Shown: positions 1 through 7,884 of the stretch, one piece after another | Layout of the letters: each line of letters starts with the position of its first letter | Numbering within the stretch: position 1 is the first letter of the stretch | Translations under genes and position numbers: made by a program | Notes under the pieces: model-generated | What the model was told of the DNA's origin: nothing | Databases searched by the model: none | What the model saw: the letters and a program-made list of their open reading frames with translations, nothing else | DNA from: Candidatus Iainarchaeum sp. | GTDB taxonomy: Archaea; Iainarchaeota; Iainarchaeia; Iainarchaeales; CSSED10-239 | Direction of reading: 5' to 3' | Length of the DNA: 11,551 bases | Assembly: GCA_028693335.1 (NCBI GenBank) | Contig: JAQUVR010000010.1 | Location: forward strand, 1-11,551

Positions 1-354
1 AAAAAAATTGATTTTTTTTTAACAGGTGCAGATGTTATTTTTTCAGATGGATCTGTAATGAACAAAATTGGAACACACACAATTAGCATTGTTGCACAAA
101 ATTTTAAAACTTCGCATATTGTTCTTACAACCACCCATTGTTATGAGACAAATGATCTTTTAAACATACGAGGATTAATAGAAGAAAGAAAAGACACAGA
201 AATTTGGGAAAAAGAAACAAGACCAGAAAATTTGTTATTTAAAAATCCAGCATTTGATATTACACCAAATGAATTAATTGATAAATTTATTACAGAAGTT
301 GGAGTTTTTTCACCAGAAAGTTTTTCAATATGGGCACAAAAAAAAAGGATTTAA
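1..354 (+). CDS. eIF-2B alpha/beta/delta-family sugar-phosphate isomerase (ribose-1,5-bisphosphate isomerase or MTR-1-P isomerase type), C-terminal part; 5' end lies outside the window
   Basis: Frame 1 is open from base 1. Hand translation gives KKIDFFLTGADVIFSDGSVMNKIGT..., which holds the family signature GAD-x-I-x-x-(D/N)G-x-V-x-NKIGT. The later NPAFDITPNELIDKFITEVGVF matches the conserved NPAFDVTP...ITE.G C-terminus. The ATG at 58 in the ORF track is internal. Stop is TAA at 352..354. Confidence 0.7.
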   Translation, partial: KKIDFFLTGADVIFSDGSVMNKIGTHTISIVAQNFKTSHIVLTTTHCYETNDLLNIRGLIEERKDTEIWEKETRPENLLFKNPAFDITPNELIDKFITEVGVFSPESFSIWAQKKRI

Positions 355-364
355 AATTGGTTTT

Positions 365-1999
365 TTAAAAGAAATCTCCTATTCCTTTTTGTTTTGTATT
401 TGTTAATAATTCATCTTTTGTTATATTAAATTCTTCTAAAATTGGCAAAATTGCTGGTAATAGTTGATTATTAATATAATAATTAGAATCATATTCTTTT
501 TCTTTAACAAATTCAGCTAATTTTGCTTTTTGTGAAATAGTTGAGCCATTTTCAGTTATTACATATTCAATTAGTTGACCGGTTTTTATTTTTTTTCCAT
601 TTTCTTTTGCAGAAATTACTGCAGACATAACAGGATTAATTGTCTTATAACTAGAAACGCTTTTTCTTAAAAAAGTTTGAATGATTAATTTATTTATTGG
701 AACATCTTTTTCTTGTAGATCAGATATTACATTTTTTATAAAGACAACTGCTTTTTTTGGATCTTGTTCTTTTAGTATTAATTTTAGTATTTCTTTTTGA
801 GTTTCTTTTACTAAAATACACCAATCACGTCTAACATATTCAAAACCTTTTATTTTTAAATTTTCATTAAAGTCTAAAAGCGCATATTTTTTTTTTGCAG
901 CTTTTTCTTTATCTCTTGACCTCACAAAAATTCCAGACAGATAAATTTCTTCTAATTCTAAATACATTTCTTTTGGCAGATTTTCTGAAATTTTTGAAAT
1001 ATCTTCCATTAATTTATCTAAATTATTAAATTGTATAAAACAAGAATCTGTGTCACCATAAAGAACAGTATATCCTAAATTTTCAAAATCTGTTATCACT
1101 TCTTGGATCTTTGATCTAACCAAATGATACATCATTTCAAGTGCTTGCTTGGAATACCATCTAGATCCAGAAAAACCCATATACCCATAGGTTGATGCCA
1201 AAAGTATTTTTTGAGCATATTGTCTTGCATATAAAGACCTATATTCTTTTGAATTTTTTGAATAAGTCTTCATTTCGTCTTTATTCTTGATTCTTTGAGT
1301 TAATAGTTGATTAACAATTATTGGAACAAAACCCTTCTTATTATTACAAATATAATTTCCTAAAACTGATTTTTTTAAAGAAAGATCAATATCTTTACAA
1401 CAAGAACAATTAATGGTTTCTGGACTTATGTTATATGACATTAAAATAGATATGTGGTAACTTCTAAAATCCAAAACTGCGATATTTTTGTGAATACCAG
1501 CAATTGGTTGTTTTACATATGCACCACTAAAAGAATATTTGTTTCTTTCAATTATTTCTTGTTCTGATGGCCTATTTGGAATAACTAAATTATTTTCTAA
1601 ATAATATTTAATAAACTGCTTTTCAACTAAACTTCCAGCAGCAGAATAAAGAATATCTAAAATTGGCGCATTTAAATAATCCGCCATTTCAACAACTAGA
1701 TCTTGATAGTTTTTTGCAAGATCATATGTTGCAATTACATCATCTAAATTATATTCAATAATTATGTTATAATCATTTTCAAGATATGCTTTTCTCATAT
1801 CTTGAGGTGGTAATGATTTTTTTGTGTTGTTTGTTAATTTTGTATAAATTGTATTTAGATCTAATTTTGGCTGATTAAAGACTTGTAAATAATTCAATTG
1901 TTTTAATATTATATAAACATCAATATGTAATAAATTTTCTAAACTTATTCTCTTACTTGGATTTTTGTGAGAAATTAATGGACTATTAGAAAATAAAAA
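365..1999 (-). CDS. polB: Family B DNA polymerase, portion downstream of the in-frame TAG (Exo III, polymerase domain, C-terminal PIP box)
   Basis: Motifs present: Exo III YNLDDVIATYDL, motif A LDFRSYHIS, motif B KILLASTYG, motif C YGDTDS, KKKYA, EYVRRDW, and C-terminal QKGIGDFF (PIP-like QxxIxxFF). The track start at 1897 is a TTG inside an open frame. Codons 1898..1999 are stop-free, in frame with the upstream ORF, and encode FLFSNSPLISHKNPSKRISLENLLHIDVYIILKQ. Stop is TAA at 365..367. Confidence 0.9.
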   Translation of the reverse strand, partial: FLFSNSPLISHKNPSKRISLENLLHIDVYIILKQLNYLQVFNQPKLDLNTIYTKLTNNTKKSLPPQDMRKAYLENDYNIIIEYNLDDVIATYDLAKNYQDLVVEMADYLNAPILDILYSAAGSLVEKQFIKYYLENNLVIPNRPSEQEIIERNKYSFSGAYVKQPIAGIHKNIAVLDFRSYHISILMSYNISPETINCSCCKDIDLSLKKSVLGNYICNNKKGFVPIIVNQLLTQRIKNKDEMKTYSKNSKEYRSLYARQYAQKILLASTYGYMGFSGSRWYSKQALEMMYHLVRSKIQEVITDFENLGYTVLYGDTDSCFIQFNNLDKLMEDISKISENLPKEMYLELEEIYLSGIFVRSRDKEKAAKKKYALLDFNENLKIKGFEYVRRDWCILVKETQKEILKLILKEQDPKKAVVFIKNVISDLQEKDVPINKLIIQTFLRKSVSSYKTINPVMSAVISAKENGKKIKTGQLIEYVITENGSTISQKAKLAEFVKEKEYDSNYYINNQLLPAILPILEEFNITKDELLTNTKQKGIGDFF

Positions 2000-2002
2000 C
2001 TA
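2000..2002 (-). other. In-frame TAG codon inside polB (candidate recoding or readthrough site, nonsense mutation, or sequencing error)
   Basis: The plus strand reads cta, so the minus strand reads TAG. It is flanked on both sides by an open, homologous PolB reading frame, between Exo II and Exo III. Confidence 0.85.
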
Positions 2003-2827
2003 TTTTTTTGTGTGGGAAATATATGCTTTTTGAAGATAATCAAAATCAAAAACGCCATTGTAAGTATAAATAATATCTGGATCTTCTTTTTCTACAAAAT
2101 CCAAAAATCCATTTATTAGATCCAATTCATTTTCATAGAATTGTACTTTTGTTTTTTCAAGAGAATATTTTTCTTTTTCCTTAATATCTAATGATTTCTC
2201 TAAAAGAAAAAAAACATTTTTATTAAGATATTGATCCATATAACTAATAGAAATAATTTTGTCTTTACCTGGTGTTGGAAAAGCTAAATTTTTTGAAACT
2301 AAAACTTCTATATCAAAACAGCCAGTATTTAGTTTTTGCAAATCTGTTTTGCCAAGATCAATAATAGAATCAATTTCATTATTTTCATTTAAATAAAATT
2401 CAACTAATCTAAAATTAGATAAGTCATTGTCTAAAAAAAATCTATAAATAAATGGAATATCAAATTCATAGATTTTATAATTAATATTTAAATTAATCTC
2501 TGAACCTAATAATTTTTGTCTGACTGATACTAGTTCAGAAACAGAATTAAAAACACATTTATAACAAAATCTTAAATTATTTTTTTCAATTTTTTCAAAT
2601 TGTTTTAAAGATAAACAATCTTTGATCTGTTCTTGATTATCTTTACTTAATTCGCTTTGCGTCGCTAAATAAAAATAAGGATAAAAATTAACAACAAAAA
2701 TTTTTTTTTTATTATCAACTTTTAGGGTGCAAAACAGTTTATCGTTTTTATAAAAAGAATTAATTAATATTCCTTGTTTTTTGGTTTTGCAATCAGTAAT
2801 CTTTTCTTTTTTAAATAAATTTAACAT
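2000..2827 (-). CDS. polB: Family B DNA polymerase, N-terminal domain plus Exo I and Exo II, ending at an in-frame TAG
   Basis: Exo I is GCFDIEV and Exo II is YNGVFDFDYL. ATG at 2825..2827. The ORF ends ...HTKK-TAG (2000..2002) and is in the same frame as ORF 365..1897 (2827-1897 = 930 nt = 310 codons). Confidence 0.9.
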   Translation of the reverse strand: MLNLFKKEKITDCKTKKQGILINSFYKNDKLFCTLKVDNKKKIFVVNFYPYFYLATQSELSKDNQEQIKDCLSLKQFEKIEKNNLRFCYKCVFNSVSELVSVRQKLLGSEINLNINYKIYEFDIPFIYRFFLDNDLSNFRLVEFYLNENNEIDSIIDLGKTDLQKLNTGCFDIEVLVSKNLAFPTPGKDKIISISYMDQYLNKNVFFLLEKSLDIKEKEKYSLEKTKVQFYENELDLINGFLDFVEKEDPDIIYTYNGVFDFDYLQKAYISHTKK

Positions 2828-2851
2828 ATAACAATCTCACAAAGAAAAAAA

Positions 2852-3487
2852 TTAAAGGGCAAGACCAAATACCCATGAAACAAAAGAAATCAGAATTAAT
2901 AATAAAATTACTAAACCTAGTTTGCCAAAAAAGTTTTTTACATCGTATACTGTTTCAACAAATGCAAACATCATACAAATTATATATATGAAAAACACAA
3001 TTGTAAAAAGCAATAATAAACCTAAACCAATATAATTAACTGTTGTTAATGTTGGCAAAAATGTTTCACTAGCAATAATTGCTGGATTTAAAAAAACACT
3101 TTGCATTAATGTAATTAAATTTGGGAAAAATAATAGAACAATCATAAAAGAGAATAAACCATAAATAATTACTGGAATTCTAAAAGATGCCAATGCAGAT
3201 AACACTTTTTCTAGTGGTCTTTTTGGTAGTTTAGTTGAACTTCTAATAAAATACATTGTTAAGAATATTAAAAGACCTAAAATAAACCAGCTAACAAAAA
3301 CACTAGAATATATGTCTGCTAATATTTGTAGTCCCATTTTTGGGATTTTTACAATAATATAAAAAATAATATTTAATAAAATTACTAAAAAAACAACACC
3401 TAATGCATTAAAAACATCAACTTTATTATAAAAAAATTCTACTAGTGCTCTTGGACCTCTTTTTTTTTTTCCAACCTCTGTTAACAT
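2852..3487 (-). CDS. Polytopic integral membrane protein of unknown function (about 5-6 predicted TM helices)
   Basis: The 211-aa ORF is dominated by long hydrophobic stretches separated by short K/R-rich loops. ATG at 3485..3487 is preceded by a strong SD-like GAGGAG (plus-strand ctcctc, 3496..3501) with an 8-nt spacer. TAA stop lies 24 nt upstream of the polB ATG on the same strand. I recognise no family motif. Confidence 0.6.
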   Translation of the reverse strand: MLTEVGKKKRGPRALVEFFYNKVDVFNALGVVFLVILLNIIFYIIVKIPKMGLQILADIYSSVFVSWFILGLLIFLTMYFIRSSTKLPKRPLEKVLSALASFRIPVIIYGLFSFMIVLLFFPNLITLMQSVFLNPAIIASETFLPTLTTVNYIGLGLLLLFTIVFFIYIICMMFAFVETVYDVKNFFGKLGLVILLLILISFVSWVFGLAL

Positions 3488-3622
3488 AAATATTTCTCCT
3501 CTAATTTTATAAATCTAATATAATATATTATAGTTAGACTATATTTAAAATGTTAACTATTTTATTTCAAATTAAGAAAATATTTAAAAATAATCTGAAA
3601 TATAAATTAATAAAGATAAAAA

Positions 3623-4702
3623 ATGGAAAAAAAACAAGTATTTTCTAAACCATTTAATTTAGTTTATGAAAAAGATTATCCAAATCTATTTATAGGACCA
3701 GGAATTTTCTCAAACTATGATCTTGCAAAAAATTATTCTCCTAATGATTGGATTAATAAAAAAACAACAGATATAGAAAAATACAGATCAAAACAAATAT
3801 TTTCATTTAAATCTGTTCACAAAGAAGATACCAGAAACCCAAATAAAGAATTACAAGAATTACAATTACTTGCGCAATCAACAAAAACAACAGAATTGGA
3901 AATTGATTTAGAAAAAACACCAAAAATGATTAAAGAAAAAATAAGTGGAATTAATAATTTTTCTTATGAATTAGAAAATATAAAAATTATAGATAATATA
4001 AAAATACCAAAAATCATTGATAAAGTTGTAACAGATACAGATCTTAAAGCAAGAGAAGGAATTATTAATCTTAATAAAAAATTACAAGATGTTTATAAAA
4101 TAGAACAAATATTGTCTGCAGGGTTACTTGGTCAAAAAAATAAACGAATTTTAGTACCTACAAGATGGGCAATTACTTCTGTTGATGACATTGTTTCTAA
4201 AGATATTGTAAATAACATAAAAAGTAATCCATTGATTGATAAATATCTGGTTTTTTGTTATGAATTTTATAATAATAAATTTTATATTTTATTTATTCCT
4301 AGAAACTGGGGATTTGAACAAATAGAAGAACAAAACAATTCTTTTTGTATAGATTATGAAATTAATGAACCCAGAAAGATCTATGCTGACTCTGTTACTG
4401 GCGCTTATTATGCGTCAAGATTAGAAGTTGGGAAATATTTAGATAAAATAAAAAAACAAGCTACAGTAATTGTTTTTAGAGAAATAGAGCAAAGTTATTT
4501 TTCTAAAGGTGTTTGGGTAATAAGAGAAGCAGTGAGATTAGCATTAGAAAATGAGCCATTTATTTTTGAAGATCTAGAATCTAGTCTTAATTTTATTGAT
4601 TCTTTAGGCATTAGAAATGGTATTAATTATTGGAAAGAAAAATCATTTATATTAAAAGAAATTAAATGTCAAAAAAGATTATGTGATTTTTTTAAAACAT
4701 AA
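3623..4702 (+). CDS. Nre-like (DUF650/DUF651, COG1602-type) putative DNA-repair factor with C-terminal PCNA-interacting peptide
   Basis: The C-terminus ...CQKRLCDFFKT contains a canonical PIP box QxxLxxFF (4670..4693). DYPNLFIGPG and ILVPTRWAITSVDD resemble, from my memory, the conserved gYPxvxvGP and PTRWsITavD blocks of archaeal Nre proteins. An in-frame TAA at 3617..3619 rules out an N-terminal extension. The family assignment rests on recall, not on a search. Confidence 0.5.
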   Translation: MEKKQVFSKPFNLVYEKDYPNLFIGPGIFSNYDLAKNYSPNDWINKKTTDIEKYRSKQIFSFKSVHKEDTRNPNKELQELQLLAQSTKTTELEIDLEKTPKMIKEKISGINNFSYELENIKIIDNIKIPKIIDKVVTDTDLKAREGIINLNKKLQDVYKIEQILSAGLLGQKNKRILVPTRWAITSVDDIVSKDIVNNIKSNPLIDKYLVFCYEFYNNKFYILFIPRNWGFEQIEEQNNSFCIDYEINEPRKIYADSVTGAYYASRLEVGKYLDKIKKQATVIVFREIEQSYFSKGVWVIREAVRLALENEPFIFEDLESSLNFIDSLGIRNGINYWKEKSFILKEIKCQKRLCDFFKT

Positions 4703-4719
4703 ACTAAAATTATATCTAA

Positions 4720-5751
4720 TTATAAGAATAAAATAAATCCAATAACAATTACAAACAATTCCACACCTAAAATTGCAATAGTTACTTGATATTCTTTAGC
4801 ACGTTTGCCGAACCATTCTGGAATCCACATCATTATGTGTGTCCAAGAATATATTTTATTATATGGTTTTTTTAAGGTGCCATCTTTTTGTAAATTACCA
4901 AGAGATCTAACTTTTAATCCACCTCTTAATTTTAAAAGTATTTCTATTGCCCATGGAATAAATATGAAAGTTGCAAACATTTCGACATTACCAACAATTG
5001 CAACAGTAGCATAAACTGCACCAAATAAATATGTCAATGAATCTCCTGGAAGTATTTTTGCAGGATACCAATTATTAACTAAAAAAGGTATTATTGCAAA
5101 ACAAGATATTAAAGAAATTGCAGCGGCTTCTATTCTATTATTTAATAAACAAAAGACACCTAAAAAAAGAGTAATTAAAAACATAGATCCAGATTCTAAG
5201 CCATTTGTTCCAGCAAGCATATTTGTTGCATTAGTAAAAACTATGAAAAATATTGGAACAAAAAACAAAGGATAAAAATAACCTAAATTAATAGAACCAA
5301 TAAAAGGAAGCGTAATTAAAAAATCTCCAACTAATAAAGCCATTAATGGAATTGCAGCAATAAAAGTTAATATCGGCTTTGTTATTTGAGTTAATCCAAC
5401 TCTTATTTCTAAATCTCCATAAATATTTTTCACTGGTTTTTTACTTAAATTAATATCATCAAAAAAACCAACAAGCATGGCAAGTAAAATAGAAAGTAAG
5501 GAAACCAGTATCAAAGAATTATTTATTGGAAAATAAAAAATAGAAATTAATAAAAAAAAACAAACCCCAATTAAGATACCTAAAAAAACAGGAAACCCAC
5601 CAGATTGTGGTAAAACTGGTTTTTCTTTTTTTTGTTGATCTATTGCAATTATGTCTCTATATATAAAAAAAGTCTTAAAATAGGATAAAAAAAATATAGA
5701 AATAATTAACCCTAACAAACAAGACAAAATTAAGATTGTAAGAAAAATCAT
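4720..5751 (-). CDS. aglH: UDP-GlcNAc:dolichyl-phosphate GlcNAc-1-phosphate transferase-type glycosyltransferase family 4 (AglH/ALG7/MraY-WecA superfamily)
   Basis: Multi-pass membrane protein with the GFFDDINL (DD) motif. TNATNMLAGTNGLESG matches the eukaryal/archaeal GPT signature NAxNxLAGxNGLE. It starts 13 nt downstream of the aglB stop on the same strand. TAA stop. Confidence 0.75.
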   Translation of the reverse strand: MIFLTILILSCLLGLIISIFFLSYFKTFFIYRDIIAIDQQKKEKPVLPQSGGFPVFLGILIGVCFFLLISIFYFPINNSLILVSLLSILLAMLVGFFDDINLSKKPVKNIYGDLEIRVGLTQITKPILTFIAAIPLMALLVGDFLITLPFIGSINLGYFYPLFFVPIFFIVFTNATNMLAGTNGLESGSMFLITLFLGVFCLLNNRIEAAAISLISCFAIIPFLVNNWYPAKILPGDSLTYLFGAVYATVAIVGNVEMFATFIFIPWAIEILLKLRGGLKVRSLGNLQKDGTLKKPYNKIYSWTHIMMWIPEWFGKRAKEYQVTIAILGVELFVIVIGFILFL

Positions 5752-5764
5752 TTTATTCTTTTTT

Positions 5765-7723
5765 TTAATTATTTATAATTTCTTTATTAACCTTATAAAC
5801 TCTCACATCACCAGAAGAATAAACAACCTCTGCTTGTTTTTCTAATGATGGATCATTAAACCAAGTTCTTACAAATATAGATCTATTTACTGCGGCATTA
5901 AATAAATATATTGCAGAACCATCTAAATCACGATATAAATATAATGGAGTCCCTTGATCAATCATTGCAGGAGTGGTTGTCCATTTTTCAGAGATTTGCA
6001 AAAAATCTGCTTCTGTAAATGGTTGATTGCCACAAACATATGTTACTGTGTTTGTTATTGGTGTTGTCCTTTTTTGACAAGCAACTCTAACTGATAAATA
6101 TTTTTGAACTCTTGGATCTTGAAAATTAATAGTTAAATTTGCATATAATGCTAATGCACGGTGTTTTTGTAATGTCTTACTATCTACCATTATATAGTCA
6201 GCATCATATTTTTTTAAAAGCGCTTTACTTTCATTAATATCATCAGTTAAGATAAATTTTGCAAAATCACTTGTTGCAGAAACATTGGAATTGGTATTGT
6301 CTGAACTTGCTTTTCTTTCAGTAAAATATGTTATCCAATGACCATAATCCCACCAATTAAATATTTTTGAATCTTGTGCTGTGTTCTCTTTTACCCAATT
6401 CATTGAAGATAACCAATCTGGCTCATTTTCAATTGGATTTACTTTTGTGTTTACAAAATGTATGCTTGCTGCAATTGACCCAATTACTAAAAACAACATA
6501 AAGAATGCAAATATTCTTTTTTGTAATAGAGATTTATCTTCTATGAATTTATAAGAAATAAAAAACAAATATGCACACCCAGCAGCAATTGGCAAACCCA
6601 AGGTATATGTAAACTTTAGTTTTGTCCACGCCATAAAGGTTGTTATCAAAAGCCAATAAAATATTATTAACGTATAGTAATCTGCTGGCTGTTCTTTTCC
6701 TTTTTTTGTGAATGCAGATTTAATAAAATAAATTATAATTAACGGAATTACTAAAAACGGAATGAAAATTAATAAACTATATTTTTCTAAGAAAAATTGT
6801 CTGCCGGTATTTTCTTCGCCAACAGTTGCACCAACAACATCACTTTCTACAATTGTGTTTGAATTAATTCTTTCTAAATTAGTTTCATTTATTGGCAAAT
6901 ATTGTGTCACATATTGAGTTGTTCTATTAATCCAAACCGTTCCACCACTTATTGTTGTAAGTGATGCAAATAATAAAAAAGCAATTGAAAATATTATCGC
7001 AAAATTAATTATTTTTTGCTTTTTTTCTTTTCTAATTAAAAGATATACAATTTGTGTTATAAAATATGCAATTAAAACCAATGGAATTAACAAAAACATT
7101 TCCCAAGTAATTGCCATTAACCAAAAGAAAAGTCCAGCTAATATTGAATAAATAATTGAATTAATTTTTAGCTTATTTTGAAGTTTTGATTTCTCAATAG
7201 CCATAACCAAGAAAATAAAACCAACAACCATCCATAAAAATCCAAGTGCATCTTCTTCAAAAAATCCTGCCATTGTTCTATATACAAACGCAGGAATAAC
7301 TGCAGCTAATAAACCCATCATTATACCAGTCTTTGTGTCATACATTTTTTTACCTAAAAAAAACATTGCAACTGAGATTAATGCACCAAATATTGCTGGT
7401 AAGACTCTAGCGTAACTCATTAACAGTTCTTTACTATAAGAGGCCCCAAAAGTTGTGATCTTATAAATCCATGAAGTAAATGTCCACAAAAAACTTGGCC
7501 AACCAGTATATGAAGTTCCACCAGTTAAATAAAAGCCTAATGGATCATTTGTTGGTAAATTACCTTGTAAAACGTAGCCAGTTACTCTAACGTGCCAATA
7601 GGGATCATATTCAAATAGATAATTATATTTTAACAAATGTGCTCTTATTGCAAAACCTAAAACAAAAATTAAAAGCGCAATTAATAAAATCAATAGTGTT
7701 TTTTTTGTAATGTCTTTATTCAT
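5765..7723 (-). CDS. aglB: Oligosaccharyltransferase AglB (STT3 family)
   Basis: WWDYG catalytic motif (NWWDYGHWI; codons at 6341..6355, verified by hand). N-terminal EYDPYWH acidic motif and FFEEDALGF second acidic loop. The N-terminal two thirds are multi-TM and are followed by a soluble C-terminal domain. 652 aa, TAA stop. Confidence 0.9.
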   Translation of the reverse strand: MNKDITKKTLLILLIALLIFVLGFAIRAHLLKYNYLFEYDPYWHVRVTGYVLQGNLPTNDPLGFYLTGGTSYTGWPSFLWTFTSWIYKITTFGASYSKELLMSYARVLPAIFGALISVAMFFLGKKMYDTKTGIMMGLLAAVIPAFVYRTMAGFFEEDALGFLWMVVGFIFLVMAIEKSKLQNKLKINSIIYSILAGLFFWLMAITWEMFLLIPLVLIAYFITQIVYLLIRKEKKQKIINFAIIFSIAFLLFASLTTISGGTVWINRTTQYVTQYLPINETNLERINSNTIVESDVVGATVGEENTGRQFFLEKYSLLIFIPFLVIPLIIIYFIKSAFTKKGKEQPADYYTLIIFYWLLITTFMAWTKLKFTYTLGLPIAAGCAYLFFISYKFIEDKSLLQKRIFAFFMLFLVIGSIAASIHFVNTKVNPIENEPDWLSSMNWVKENTAQDSKIFNWWDYGHWITYFTERKASSDNTNSNVSATSDFAKFILTDDINESKALLKKYDADYIMVDSKTLQKHRALALYANLTINFQDPRVQKYLSVRVACQKRTTPITNTVTYVCGNQPFTEADFLQISEKWTTTPAMIDQGTPLYLYRDLDGSAIYLFNAAVNRSIFVRTWFNDPSLEKQAEVVYSSGDVRVYKVNKEIINN

Positions 7724-7865
7724 TATTAATCAAATCCAAAATAAAATAATATATATAATTACTAAGACATTATTATTAAAAATAGTAAGTATAATATTGC
7801 AAAAGAAAATAAATAGACACGATCTAAAAAAATAAATAATTATTTTAAAATAAAAATAAATTTTT

Positions 7866-7884
7866 AAAAAAAAGTAATATAAAA
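7866..7884 (-). terminator. Oligo-T tracts immediately 3' of the 5S rRNA (candidate archaeal intrinsic terminator)
   Basis: The minus strand directly after the 5S 3' end reads TTTTATATTACTTTTTTTT (T4, then T8). Archaeal RNAP terminates at oligo-T runs, but such runs are common in this AT-rich DNA. Confidence 0.35.

Noticed and set aside
365-1897. Independent gene start (track 'M') at 1897 for the PolB C-terminal fragment, implying a true two-gene split polymerase
   Set aside because: The codon is TTG inside a continuously open frame with no SD. The 34 upstream codons are homologous PolB sequence, and the only interruption is the TAG at 2000..2002.
365-2827. Intein or split-intein in polB (as in some archaeal PolB genes)
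   Set aside because: The combined length is about 820 codons, normal for an intein-free PolB. Motifs A, B and C are contiguous, and no intein block (for example a C-terminal HN followed by S/T/C) appears at the break.
4805-5014. 69-aa plus-strand ORF
   Set aside because: It lies wholly antisense within the well-supported aglH-type gene, has no motif, and looks like a typical AT-rich antisense artefact.
7724-7884. AT-rich palindromes (for example AAATAATTATTT around 7839..7850) between the 5S gene and aglB
   Set aside because: Short A/T palindromes are expected by chance at this base composition. There are no repeated copies and no associated structure. The region most likely just holds the aglB promoter and the 5S terminator.
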